Positions 1-13,239 are shown, counted from the whole stretch's first letter. The stretch is DNA of 63,865 nt, filler included, from Reclinomonas americana ATCC 50394 (GCA_048213135.1; 14 parts of 14 records of this genome joined end to end with filler, not necessarily neighbours in it); one strand, 5' to 3'. Notes: generated by a model from the letters alone, not told the origin. A program made the numbers and translations.

Positions 1-580
1 ACACTCGCTGCCGCTGGCCGGCTCCTCGCTGCTCACACCTCACTACAACTCGCACCAAGTCGACGTGGTCTCCAACTCGTCGGCCGGCTCACCCAGCAAC
101 AGCGCCCCCACCTCACCTTTCCTGTCGGGCCAAGCCACACCACCGGCCAGCCTGCTGCACCCGTCGCTGCCGAACCCGTACGAGCTGCCGTCGCTGAACG
201 AGCTGGCGCACCACAACCACAGCCGCGCCACTCCCATGACCATGGGCGACGCGCCCATGTTGACAGTGGCTGGCCCCACGGGTGCCGCCGGTGCCGGCGG
301 ATCGGTGTTTGCCGTACCGCGTCCGCGCACTTCGCTGTCACCACCGCGCCGCGGCATGGTGGTCGGCCACGGACCGTTGGAGTTTGAGCCGTCGCACCAC
401 GCGACTGGTGGCGTGTCGCGCCGCAAGCGTAGCCCGCACAAGTCGGCACGGCCGTCCACCTTCCTCGAGCAAATGCAGCCGTGCGATCTGCTGTGGTCGC
501 ATGGCGCCTCTGGCAACGCGACGGCCCTGGCGGCGGCACGCATGACACACGCCGACATGCAGATGGATCTGGACGAGTGA
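1..580 (+). CDS. 3' part of an unknown Pro/Ser-rich low-complexity protein (5'-truncated)
   Basis: Open frame with coding-like GC3 bias ending ...MQMDLDE-TGA, followed by T/G-rich non-coding DNA. GA|GTGAGC at the end could instead be a splice donor. Confidence 0.55.
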   Translation, partial: HSLPLAGSSLLTPHYNSHQVDVVSNSSAGSPSNSAPTSPFLSGQATPPASLLHPSLPNPYELPSLNELAHHNHSRATPMTMGDAPMLTVAGPTGAAGAGGSVFAVPRPRTSLSPPRRGMVVGHGPLEFEPSHHATGGVSRRKRSPHKSARPSTFLEQMQPCDLLWSHGASGNATALAAARMTHADMQMDLDE

Positions 581-1482
581 GCAGTGTCCTGTTCACTCCC
601 TGTGCATGTGTTAATGCTGTAATGTTTCTCTCTCTCTCTCCTCTATGTGGGTGTGCGGTGGGAGTCTTGTGTCGTAGTCTCACTCGCCCACTCCCTTTTC
701 TTCTTTCCCACTATTGTCACGCGGGTCGGAGCACGGTCGGTGGGCCTTCGTGTTTTCTTGTACAGTTTCTGCCCACGGTATCTATTGCCCGATCGAGACG
801 TGCGTGTACAGTTGTGTCGTGCGTGAGTGTGTGATGGCAACGGTGCCGTGTGGTCACCTGAAGTGGCTCTCGCGCGAATGCTTCGCGCGCCACCTCCGTT
901 GTACCATTACCATTCGCTTGTTGTGTTCTTTCCCACTGTTGTTCATTTGTTTGTTTGTTGTTGTTGTTTGTTTGTTGTTTGCTGCCAGCTGCGTGCTTCA
1001 CTCCGTTGCTCTTTTGTACGTTCTTGATGTTGTTTGTTTGTTTGTTTGTTGTGGTGTCTTCCTGCAGTTGTAGAGTTGTTTGCTTTGTTTTGTTGGGTAT
1101 TGCATTGAGATCCTGTCGGTCACTAGTACCGACAGTGGTTTGTTTTCTTCTCTCTCTCTTTTCCCCATACTCCTTTTTTAGTGTTGTTGTTACTGCTACT
1201 GCTGTCTGTCATTAGCCACCACCCCTCCTACTGTCACACATGTAACACACGCACATCGGTCGTCATCGATGCTGTGTTGTTGTTGTGGGTTTTTTTCGCG
1301 CTGGTTGTTGTTGCTCGGCATTGCAGTTTTTAGTCGGTGCCGGTGCTGCAGCGACATGAGCATGGTGTCAGTCGCGGGGGGAAGGTGGCTCGGTGGCGTC
1401 ATTGTGTAAGCAGAAGAAAAGTGAAAAACGCATTTCAGCCACTTACTATCCATCGATTTCTTTGATTGTTACTCCCGGCTGA

Positions 1483-3309
1483 ATGAGCGGCGAGGGCGAA
1501 GACGACGAGTTTGGTGGCAGTGGCAGTGGCATTCATGTGCCTCCTCCTCCTCCTCCCCCGCCACCACCACCACCACCACCCATGGCACTCTCCTCTGCAC
1601 AACCAGTGATTGTGCCTCTGCCCGAAGGCCGACGCCAGAAGAACACCAAGATGAACCGACCTCCACCGCGCCCGTTTGACATGAGCAAGTGCGTCCACTC
1701 TCACACTCACACACACACTCACACACTCTCTCACACATGTGCATGCACAGACATCCATTGCGTCGCATTGCACTGCGCATTGCATATGTCGGATGGAGCT
1801 ATGCAGGTCTGGCTCTGCAAGAGTCGGCCACTGACACTGTGGAGGTGAGAGCGAGAGAGTGTGTGCTTCCTCTGTGCACACAGGCACTCACATTTTATGT
1901 GGAAAAAAGGCGCGTTTGTTTGACGCCTTGCAGCGCACGTGCCTCATTTCGGACCCAGAAACGTGTCGGTACTCTCGCTGTGGACGCACTGATCGGGGAG
2001 TGAGTGCGCTGGAGCAGGTGGTGGCACTGTATGTGCGCTGCAAGGATACAACGGGAATGGGCGTGTTGCCGGCGGGCACGATTGTAAAGTCGGAGGAGAT
2101 GACGGTGGACTACATGGAGGAGATCACGGCGAGTCTCGGCCCGCCTCCTGCTGTCTCCAATGGTGCTCGGCGAGCGATGGATGGCCTTGTTTCCATTCTC
2201 TGCTTGCTCATGGTATGCTGGGGTGTGTGCAGAGATGGACTATGCGGGCATGCTGAACGGGGCGCTGCCGCTCGACATTCGCTGCACCGGGTGGGCTCCG
2301 GCGCCCCACAAGTTTGACGCGCGTTTCTCGGCCGAGCAGCGCACCTATCGCTACTACTTTTTGCATGGAGGCATGGACGTGGAGGTGAGCTGAAGATCTG
2401 ACTCTGCGTGTGGCGTAGTCGCTGACCATCGTTTCTCTGCTGCAGGCCATGCACCGTGCGGCGCAGTCGTGGGTGGGCGAGCATGATTTCCGCAACTTTT
2501 GCCGCATGGATGCGAGTGCCGTGACCAACTTTCGACGACGCATCTACAGCGTGACTGTGCGACAGTGTGGGCCCGTGGAGCACTTTGGGGCGGCCTCGAG
2601 TCCGTTCACACCGTACGAGTTGGAAGTGGTTGGCTCGGCGTTCCTGTGGCACCAGATTCGCAACATGGTGTCGGTGCTGTTTATGGTGGGCCGAGGCGAC
2701 GAGCAGGAGGATGTTGCGTAAAATGCACAACACCGAGGGTTATCCACTCACCCACTCACTCACTCACCACGGCGCGCAGATCATTGCTCAACTCTTGTCG
2801 CCCGAGCACTTCCCACTCAAACCCACGTACCCCATCGCGCCACCCGAGCCACTCGTGCTCTACAACACCACCTTCAAAATCCCACTGGAGTGGCGCGAAG
2901 CCTCAACGCCACGCGCCCTCCAGTGCATCCTCGATCAGTTTCGAGAGCACATGGCCAAGTCGGCCACCCTCTTTGGCATGATGGCCGGCATTAGCGGTTT
3001 CGCCGACTTTGCCCACCAACAACACCGACCAGCGCGGATCAACGGCAAGCGCAATACTCGTTCGCACGTGCCGCTTGTCGATCGCTCCATGGAGTGTTAC
3101 GTGCAGTGCGCGCACCTACCTATCGAGAAGTTGCCTTTGGCTCATTTGTCGTGCTTGCAGGTTCTTACGAGCACCGACTGGAGACGGTCAAACGACGACG
3201 ACTAGACAAGGGCAAGCCTCTGCCCACGGCTGTGGCGGCTGCAATTGCCGCTCGCGATGAGGAGGCAGCGAGTGGAGGAGAAGAGGAATACGACGAGGGC
3301 GACGAATGA
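1483..3309 (+). CDS. PUS3: tRNA pseudouridine(38/39) synthase, TruA family; 7 exons
   Basis: Spliced motifs RRIALRIAYVGWSYAG, YSRCGRTDRGVSA (catalytic Asp), FDARFS..RTYRY, GEHDFRNFCRMD, GSAFLWHQIR. GT-AG introns start at 1689, 1845, 2163, 2385, 2713 and 3096. Confidence 0.95.
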
Positions 3310-3396
3310 ACAAAAACGGAGAGAAACTGACTAAAGTCGAACGTCGACATTGACGTCATTGCTTGTGTGTTTGTGTGTGAGAGGGAGAGGGAGAGA

Positions 3397-3797
3397 ATGA
3401 CAGAGTACAAGGGAAGTGGAGGCGAGGGCAATCGTGCGGCTGCACTGCTGCGCAAGAGAGAGGAGGAGCGACGTGACTTTGAGCGGCGCATCAAGCTGCT
3501 GGAAGACGAGTCCACCAAGAGTGGGCTCATTGCGTTCACAGGGTTGCGTCTCTCTCTATCTCATACGCACACACAGGTAGAGATAAGAGAAGAGAGGAGA
3601 GGAGGAGAGAGATGTGTGTGCATTGTGCATTGCGAATCATGATTGATCAGAGTCAAGTTGGACTTGCTCTTTCTCGTTCTCTCTCACACTCTCTGTTTGC
3701 TGTCTTGTGTTTGTTCTGTCTGCCTTTGCCTCCCTGTCTCTCTTTCTCGTTCTCGTTCTTTCTATGTTGTTACTCCTTGCCACTATCTCTCTCTCTC

Positions 3798-3872
<75 letters not shown>

Positions 3873-5607
3873 CTCGCTCTCTCTGCCTCTGCCACTCTCT
3901 CCCTCCTGCTTTCTGTCTCCATGCCCCCTCATCCCTTTCCCCATCTTCCTTCCTCGCCCCTCCCATTCTTCCCTCCCCCTCTTTGCTTATTATTCGATGC
4001 AGCGTGCCGGAGACCATGGAGGACCACTTGAAACGCGAGGCCATTGGTCTGCAAACCAAGGAGGAGTACGCGCAGAAGCGAGAGGCGTATCTGCGAGCGG
4101 AGGAGGAGCGGCGGCAGAGGGAAGAGGACTTGTTGCGTACAACACACACCCTCACCCTCTCTCTCTCCACACAAATCACGCTGGCAACATGAGGAAAAAC
4201 ATTGAGTTGGGAGCTGAATGAGGTCGCCCGGTCTCGTGATGCGAACTTTTACGGGCGAGCACCACTTGTGGGTGCGGTGTGAAGTGTGGGGAATCGCTGT
4301 GCAGGTGACTGGGGGAGAGACGGAGGCTGGGAGGAGTGTGCTTTGTGCGCGCGCTTGCTCGTTGCTGCCGCGCGCTCACTCCCTTTCTCACTCTTCTCCA
4401 TCACCTTGCGCGCATTCTCCCCACTTCGCATCCCTCGATGCTGACTTAAAGGCGAAACTGAAGGCAGCACAGATAGACACACACCCCCCATGCACAAAAT
4501 CGTGTTGCACTGCTTGCGATGCGGCACCCTGTCTCACTTTTGTGTGCGTGTGCAGGGCGGCGTTGCGGCGAGAAGGGAAGCGAATGGAGAAGAAGCAGGA
4601 CAGGTCACGGTTGTCGTTTGCGGATTTTGAGGATGAAGAGGAGCTTGGTGAGAGGGTCGAGGTGGACGAGGATGGTATGTCTTCCTTTTGTTGTTGTTGT
4701 CTTTTCAATCATCGCGGCGTGTGTTGAGTTGTTTTCTATTCTTGCGTGAACAGAGATGCCACTGAAGAAGCGCAAGGTTGTGAAGAACCCCGACGTGGAC
4801 ACCTCGTTCCTGCCGGATCGCGATCGCGAGCGCCAGGTGCGCGAGGAGCGACTGAGATTGCAGGAGGAGTGGATGCGACAGCAGGAGGCCATGAAAGGTG
4901 TGTGAGGGTGCAACTTGCCGCCCACAAAGCAGGCATGCGTGACTCACATGCATGTCTGTGTGCGACAGAGGAACCGCTCGAGGTCACGTACAGTTACTGG
5001 GATGGTACAGGTCACCGAAGGACGGCCAAGGTGTGTGGAATGGGCGAGCATGCGTACCTACGGGCGGCGATGTGACGCGTGTATGTGTGGCGCAGGTCAA
5101 GAAGGGTTTCACGATTCGACAGCTGCTGTGCGAGGTGCAGAAGGAGTTCAAGGAGTTGCAGCGTGTGTCAGTCGACAGTCTCATGTTTATCAAGGAGGAT
5201 ATCATCATTCCCCATGTTGCGTGCGTGGGCCGCTGCCTCTCCCCCCTTTGCTGCGTCTGTGGTTGCTTACTCGTCCTTGCAGCAATTCACATTCCACCAC
5301 CTCATTGTCAACAAGGCACGTGGCAAGTCAGGTCCGCTGTTCCACTTTGATGTCCACGAAGACGTGCGCATGCTGGCCGACGCACGCAAGGAGAAGGACG
5401 AGGTACGCATCTCTTGGCATTGCGCTGCAATACAGCAGGCGTGCATCCTCACCTCCTCCCGTACAGTCACATCCGGCCAAGGTCGTCGATCGTCGCTGGT
5501 ACGAGCGCAATAAGCACGTGTTCCCGGCCTCGCGGTGGGAGATCTACGATCCGGAGAAGGAATTCGAGAAGTACACCATTCATGGTGGCGAAGTGCAGGG
5601 GCAATGA
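3397..5607 (+). CDS. XAP5: XAP5 / FAM50 family nuclear protein; 8 exons
   Basis: [74 protein letters not shown]. Confidence 0.96.
3787..3883. repeat. (CT)n microsatellite in XAP5 intron 1
   Basis: Direct reading. Similar CT/GA/CA tracts occur in many introns and at most contig ends. Confidence 0.95.
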
Positions 5608-5684
5608 CCACGGGCACAGACAGAGAGAAGGAGACGAATGAACACCCCGTGCAGTCAGCGTCTGTCCTGTTTCAACACATCACC

Positions 5685-7473
5685 ATGGCCTCTGCCGCCG
5701 ACAAGCACCCATGCCGCTGGGGCATTGTCTCCACTGCCCGCATCTCCACACGAGTTCCGCCCTCTTCTGTCTCTCTCTCTCTCACCATCACACACACGAT
5801 CACACACAACAACAAATGTGCATGCATGCAGATCTGCGGAGCAATGGTCGACGCACACAACGCACGCCCAGAAGCCGTGGCCAGTCGCTCCCTGGAACGC
5901 GCCACCGAGTGGGCAGCACAGCACTGCGACACCATGCGTGCTCTTCCGACCTACTCCGAGGTTCTTGTCGCTGAAAGGCTATCTCCCCCCACGTTTGTCT
6001 CCTTCTCACTCACCACTGCGCAGCTGGTCCGCGACCCCGATATCGATGCCGTGTATGTGCCACTGCCTTGCGCCCTGCATCGCGATGTGGTGGTGGAGGC
6101 GGCGGAGCACGGCAAGCATGTGCTCATGGAGAAGCCGGCGGCGACCTCAGTCGAGGATCTGCGTGCCATGATCGATGCCTGTCGTCGTGCCGGTGTCAAC
6201 CTCATGGATGGAGTCAACTTTATGCATCATCCGCGCCTCAAGGTGCTGCAGGAGGTGTTGCACGACCGGGAATTGTTTCGTTGCGTTTCTCGTGTTGTTT
6301 TTCCCTCCATTGCATGCGTTGACGTCCATGTGTGCAGCCGATGGAGTGCACTACATGCAGGTTGCGTTCTCGTTTCCGACCGAGGACGACTGGCGCGCTG
6401 GCAACATTCGCACCAATATCGACCTGGAGCCACTGGGCGCTGTCGGCGATCTCGGCTGGTACACTGTGCGCATCATGTGAGTAGTGCCTGCTGCACAGCA
6501 TCCGTTGCGCATGCCGCGTCTCACTGTGCATGTAGTCTGGTGGCCTTTGATTGGGAGTTGCCGGTGCGTGTGCAGGCGCACACGTTGCAGTCGCAGAATG
6601 GAGTGCCGACGGCCATGAGTTGCGTCGCCACCAACGAGTACTTGGAGTTGTCGCTGACTGGGAGGACTGCACAGCGGCGACTCTGTTCTTCACCAACAAC
6701 CGGCATGCCACATTCGACGTGTCGTTCTTCTCGAATCGACTGGAGAGCGTGCGCATCTGGTCGCGCGAGTGTACCGTGTCGATGAACGACTTTGTGGCAC
6801 CACGCGAAGTGGTTTGTGCGAATCGTCTTGTGGTCTCGATGGACTCCTGCTCATTGCTCTCTCCTCGACAGCCAAACATCGAGGACACGTTCAGCGATTC
6901 AGAGACCGACCGCGTGCTGTATCACAAGGCACCGGGAGCTCCGTTGCGTTGCAGTCGTCGGCCCATGTTCCATCACGCTGTCATTGCCCACTCACTCCCC
7001 CTCAGTGACACTGCCAAGCACGGTTGCCGGTTCGATGTGTTCACCGGGCGCGCCAATGCTGCCGTGCGCAAGACCACACATGTGGTGGTCGGCGCTGCTC
7101 CGCACGTTGTGTTGTTGCTCTTGCAGTCGTCGCTTCATATTGCTCTTGTGTTTCTCACGCGGTGACTGCAGACCGTGTCGATGATTGAGCGGTTCAGCCA
7201 GAGTGTACTCGACAGCAAGGTACGACTCACAGATCAACACTTCTCTTGTAGATCGCTCACGCTTATGTTCTCTTTCTGTCCCCCTCGTCACACAGGTGGA
7301 ACCCGAGTTCGTGGGTGCGTCACCCCACTCTCCCTTTCTCTCTCTCATCATCTCCACTCACTCGGAACACCGCTGCAGAGTGGATGCTCAAGACGCAGAT
7401 GGTGGTGGACGCCTGCATGAAGTCTGCAGTGGACGACGGTGTCATGACTGCCGTGGGAGCCTACGAAGTCTAA
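5685..7473 (+). CDS. Gfo/Idh/MocA family NAD(P)-dependent oxidoreductase; 11 exons
   Basis: RWGIVSTARI, AVASRSLERA, DPDIDAVYVPLP, GKHVLMEKP, LMDGVNFMHHPR, LEPLGAVGDLGWY. Ten GT-AG introns restore one frame ending in TAA at 7471. Confidence 0.92.
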
Positions 7474-7489
7474 ACCAGCGTGTGTACAT

Positions 7490-10161
7490 TCAGCGAAACA
7501 TAAACGTGTTCTTGTTGGTGCCCTTGAGAATGTGCTTGGCACTCTCCGTGCCGACCACCCTCTCCACGACCATGGCATCGAAGCGCGTAAAGAGCGCAGG
7601 ACAGACATCGACGCGACCCTCGTCCACCATGTTGATCACCTCCGAGTAGAAATGCGGGTGCTCCGGCAGCGAGTAGAACACCACCCGCTTGGCGCCGCGC
7701 AGTCGGTACCTAACAACGACATCAATCAGCACACAACCACGGGCCCCGAGCATCGCGCTCCACTCACCGCTTGAAGAAGAGGAAGCGTTCCGAGATCAGC
7801 ATCACTTTCTTCTCGCCGTGGAAAAACGCGCCGCGCTCCACCGACAGCTCCGGACCCGTCGAGTACTCGGAGCACACGGCCAGCGGGACGTTGTGCTGCT
7901 GGAGAAAGTTGCGCACACGCACGAAATCGAAATACGACGCCACAAAGATCAGCGTCTGCTGCTCTCCCAGCTTCGGATAGATGCGTTGCTCAAAGTACGT
8001 GAAGCGCGCATCGTCGGCCGTGGCCACAGAGTCGGCGACAATACGGTGGAAGACCATGCGCACGGGCACGGCGACCCGTGGCAACACACCCGGATACGTC
8101 TGTCGCACAATCACCGGCCCGAACTGCGACTGTGCATGCTTCCGGAACAGGGCCGACACGTCAGGCGACGAATAACGCGACAGGAGCGTGATGGAACGGA
8201 AGCGCTCCGACACCTCGTCCACAAAGTACGGTCGCAGGCGTGAAATGTCGGCGTGATGCAGCTTCGTCGGCACGCGATTCAGAGCCGCAAACGTGGCAGC
8301 CACGTGCGCCCAGTTCTGCATCAGCATCACATCGAGCTGATCGGCCACCACCAGGTCGACAGACGACAAAAAGTCCATTTCTCGCTCGCCCTCGCTGCCC
8401 AACAATAAGAAACGGCGCATAAGCGACAACACCACAGGATACCACGGAAGCACGCACGCACCCTTCCTCGCCGACCACCAGACGCAAGCCGAGGGGAGAC
8501 GCCACCAGAATGTCGGAGGTGTAGAAATCGGAAAACAGTTTGACGCGCTTGCCCGACACCGAGAGTCCCACGCGGAAGCAATCGTCAATGTTCTCGCGGA
8601 AGGTGTGCCGATAGTCCACTGGGCGCAACTGCAACTTCTCGTCGGCCTCGGGCGGCGACGAGAACTCGTCGTCGAACCGATCCTGGTTGATGACGATTCC
8701 TGTGCCGTCGCTGTGCGCAACAGCATGAGACAAAGGCGTGCCCTCGACTACTTCACCTCTCCCACGCACGCGTACCTCGTCACCGCACGAATGATCTCAT
8801 TGACAACATCCCTCGCCGTATTCTTCAGCGGCAGCAGGATGAGCACCTTGGCTCGCGTGTATCCCTGATCGTGGAACTCGGAACGCGGTTGCTGCGACGA
8901 TGAGGCAGAGGACTCAGCCGGCGACCGGTGTTTCCGTTGCTTCTCCTGTTGCTTCTTCCTGGCACGAGCAGCATGTCGCTGAATGGCCGACGATCCGTTG
9001 ATCTTGTCCTCCTCCTCCTTCTCATCTTTCTGTTCTTCGCGCACCACCGCGTTGTGCTTGCCGACCTGGTCGTTGACCCGCATCACATGGTGCAGACCGT
9101 AGAGAGCGTAGAGTGCACGACGGCGACGCTCGTCCTCCACATTGACCACCGACTCGGTGCCATTCAGTGGCGTCACGTACAACAGATCGCGTCGCGAGGC
9201 GATAATGGCCACAAAGGCGGCCTCGGCTGGCGACAGACGCACAGGCTCGCCCAGCTCCTCGCACCGTCGTGTCCAGTAGTCGGCCAAACGCTTCCGCATG
9301 ATGCGACTCACATCGTCACAAACCGTGGGCGTGTGTGTCGCCTCCGAGCGCCACGCCGCCACCGAGTCGCCGAGCGAAGAGTACGGATGCGCCAGCTTGG
9401 ACGAGATGGCCTGCATCTCCGTGTGCGGTGGCAGTGGAGCCTTTAGCCGCGCCAGATCCTGCACTCCGTCGAAGCAGTCAGCACCTGCACGCGCACACAC
9501 ACACACACACACACGCGACCACACTCACCGTCTCCTCCGTGTACGAGGAAACCGCTTGCCACCACTCCTCGTCCAGCCGCACACCATCATCGACCGCCAC
9601 ATGCCCTGCATCCTCGTCCTCCTCCTCTTCTTCCTCCTCTGCATCCTCGCCCAGCTCCAGTCCACTCTCCATCTCTCCATCCGCCACGGTTGGTCTCTTC
9701 ACACTCAAGTCCTCATCGTCATCGTCGTCGTCATCGTCATCGTCGTCACCGTCCATCGCCTCATCGCCGTCCTCTCCCTCTGTCCTGCCCGCCGCGGCAG
9801 ACTCCAATCGTCGGCTGCCTCGCAGCAGCGACAGGAACGCCACGTAGTTGGCATCCGCTTGTCCCTCGACATCATCATCATCATCGTCATCGTCATCGTC
9901 GACCACTTCGTCCTTTTTGTTGACTGCTGCAGCACCTCGTTTTCTGTGGAACGACTTGCGCTCCTCATCTGTGGACTCTGTTGTTTTCAGTGAGGGCTTG
10001 TGAGTGGATGATGTGAATGTGCACATGGCCAAAAGAGCGACGCAACTCGCGCGGAACTTGCCGCCGGTGTTTCTTCTCGCCGGCTTCCCCTCCGCCCCCG
10101 ACTTGTGTCGCTTGAAGGGCACCTTGCCGCTGGCACTCTTGCCACTTCTCTCACGCTTCAT
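7490..10161 (-). CDS. UTP25: U3 snoRNA-associated protein 25 (DIEXF/Def)
   Basis: Acidic N-terminus, DQGYTRAKVLILLP, NIDDCFRVG, LFSDFYTSDILVASPLGLR, MQNWAHV, SYFDFVRVRN, SERFLFFKR, VVFYSLPEHPHFYSE. Confidence 0.95.
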
Positions 10162-10239
10162 CCTGTTGCGATGATCGGTCGACTGGAGCGGACTGGTGGA
10201 ATTACAAAACACCCTCGCACGAGGCAAAACGCAGCAACC
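10162..10239. promoter_or_regulatory. Putative bidirectional promoter between UTP25 and CCT6
   Basis: Only 78 nt separate the two divergent ATGs. Inferred from geometry; no specific motif recognised. Confidence 0.55.
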
Positions 10240-12437
10240 ATGTCTCTCTCCATGGTGAACCGCAACTCTGAGGTTGCCCGCAAGCTGCAGGTAGGCAAAC
10301 AACGACGCACGACATGCGCGCGTGTGTGTGTTGTGCGCGCGCGCGCTCAAACATGCTCACCCACTCTCTCTCTCTCTCACACACACAGGCCCTCATGATC
10401 AACATTGGCGCGGCTGGCGGTCTGCAGAACCTGCTCAAGTCCAACCTCGGACCCAAGGGCACTCTGAAGATGTTGCGTGCCACACAAACACACAAAACAA
10501 ACAAACATGAAAGACAGCAGCAGTTGTCTCTGTGCGCGCGCTCCTGCTCTCTCTCTGTGCCATCGCGCACACTCACGCGCACTCTCTCCACAACACAGGC
10601 TGGTCTCTGGCGCCGGTGACATCAAGCTCACCAAGGACGGCGCTGTGTTGCTGCACGAGATGGTATGCGCGTGTGTGCGCGTGTGTGTGTTGTCGATGTC
10701 GCAAATGCTCACCCTCTTCTCTTCTCTCTTAGCAAATCCAACACCCCACCGCCAACATGATTGCGCGCACTGCCACTGCGCAGGACGACATCACGGGCGA
10801 TGGCACGACATCGTGTGTGCTGTTGGTGGGCGAGTTGCTGCGTCAGGCCGAGCGGTACTTGGCCGAGGGCGTGCACCCGCGTGTGCTGTCCGAGGGCTTT
10901 GAGCAGTCGCGTCTCATTCTGCTCGAGTACCTGGAGCAGCTGAAGCAGGAGCGCGACATTAGCGACCGTGAGCTGCTGCGCGCCGTGTGCAGGACATCGG
11001 TCGGCACCAAGGTCGTGCCAAAGCTCGCCGATCAGTTGGCCGACATTTGCACCGACGCTGTGCTGTGCATCCGACGACCGGGCGAGGAGCTCGACCTGTT
11101 CATGGTGGAGATCATGCACATGCAGCACAAGGTGGGGTGGGATACAGCAGGGACGGGATGGAGGACTCTGAGTGTGAGCTGAATATTGATGATGTGTGCA
11201 TGCAGATGGACCAAGACTCGCGCCTCGTGTCGGGTCTGGTGCTGGATCACGGCTCGCGACACCCCGACATGCCGCGCGACCTGCGTAACTGCTACATTCT
11301 CACCTGCAACGTGAACCTGGAGTACGAGAAGAGCGAAGTGAATGCCGAGTTCAAGTGGCGATCGGCGGCCGAGCGTGAGCGCCTGGTGGAGGCCGAGCGC
11401 AAGTTTGTCGACGACAAGGTCCGCAAGATCATCGATCTCAAGCGCCAGGTGCGGAACTTTCCCCCCTTCCCCCCTCCAATTCAAGTGTGCTCGTGACTGA
11501 CTTTATTCCATGTAAAAGGTGTGCGACGGCACCGACAAGACTTTTGTGGTGATCAACCAAAAGGGCATCGACCCGATGTCTCTCGACATGTTCGCCAAGG
11601 AGGGCATTTTGGGACTGCGCCGTGCCAAGCGCCGCAACATGGAGCGCCTGGTGCTGGCGTGCGGTGGTGTGGCCGTCGATTCGGTCAACGAGCTGACGGT
11701 GGCCGATCTCGGCTACGCCGGTCACGTGTACGAGCAGACTCTCGGCGAGGAGAAGTACACGTTTGTGGAGGAGGTGTCGAACCCGCTCTCGTGCACCATT
11801 CTCATCAAGGGTGCGTGGGAGTTGCATCACCTGCCTGTTGTGTATCTGTGCCAATGATTGTGTTTGTAGGCTCGAACAAGCACTCGATTGAGCAGATCAA
11901 GGACGCCGTGCGCGATGGTCTGCGTGCCGTGAAGAACGTGCTGGAGTGCGGCGCGGTGCTGCCCGGTGCTGGCGCGACTGAGATGGCATGTGCGCTGCAC
12001 TTGCGTGAGCGCGCCAAGGACGTCAGCGGCAAGTCCAAGCTCGGTCTGCGAGCATTCGCCGACGCGCTGCTGGTCATTCCCAAGACGCTGGCGGCGAACT
12101 CGGGCTACGACCCGCAGGAGACGTTGATCAAGCTCGAGGACGAGTTCCACGCTGGCACTCAGGTGGGCATCGATGTGTACACGGGAGAGCCAGTGGAGCC
12201 GTACTCGGCCGGCATCATCGACAACTTCATGGTCAAGAAGCGTGAGTAATATGAGGACGAAAGTGGCAATCGATCCTGCACGCGAAAAGTTGCTCATTTT
12301 GGTTGGTGTGCGCCTGTGCAGACTGTATCAGCAGCTCGTCCATGATTGCGACCCAATTACTGCTGGTCGACGAGATCCTGAAGGCCGGCCGCGTCCGCGG
12401 TGGCGCACCCGGTGGCCCCGGTGCCGGTGACGAGTAA
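10240..12437 (+). CDS. CCT6: T-complex protein 1 subunit zeta (CCT6)
   Basis: [95 protein letters not shown]. Confidence 0.98.
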
Positions 12438-12841
12438 TCTCTGTGGCATGCAAGCGTAGTATGTCGCAGATGGCTTGTTTTTTCCCTCCACTCGAACAAC
12501 TACATGATGAAGAAAAAAGAGGAGGGGACCCCCTGCGGCGTTAGATGGAGAATGGAGGTAGTGGTCGTTGGTATCAAGTGAAAAATCTGCAGTCAGTCTG
12601 CTTCACTGGTGGTGACGGGGAGGACAGACACACTCAGTAGGCGGCCATGATTGTATTATTGTTACGGCGACGCCCAGAGGTCCTGCGACAAAAGTGTCGG
12701 TGAGAGCGAGGTGGAGATTAGGGAGAGAGAGAGAGAGAGAAACGGATGTGCGCAACTCAAAGTACGTAAAGTCTGTGGGTTGATGATGAGTGACAACAAG
12801 GTCAGCTTTGAATCAAAAGGAGGAAGTGAGGGGCAATATGT

Positions 12842-12941
12842 NNNNNNNNNNNNNNNNNNNNNNNNNNNNNNNNNNNNNNNNNNNNTTAATTAATTAANNN
12901 NNNNNNNNNNNNNNNNNNNNNNNNNNNNNNNNNNNNNNNNN
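12842..12941. other. Artificial assembly linker (N44-TTAATTAATTAA-N44); 13 copies in the window
   Basis: Identical 100-nt spacers with stops in all six frames, also starting at 24827, 27123, 28414, 30094, 32183, 36272, 44172, 54277, 56266, 58626, 61063 and 62335. Confidence 0.99.
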
Positions 12942-13239
12942 AACACCATTGGGCGAACGAAAAGGCACACACCCACAGGCATGCAAATAACGGCCCGCCA
13001 TGCACCGAAATGTACACAGTCAACCGTGACAGCACAATCATGCCTCTCCCTCCTCATTTCTCTTTCTTTCTCTCCACCTCCTCGCTCACAAGCACGCGGA
13101 TAGAGCGAAGTGCGGCAGGTCGTCGCGCCAATCAGGCAATCACAAACTGATCGTCATCAACACAAAATATCGAAACTATGATGACAGGCAGGCAGACACG
13201 ACACAGAACACGACACACACACACACAGTGTGTGCTCAC

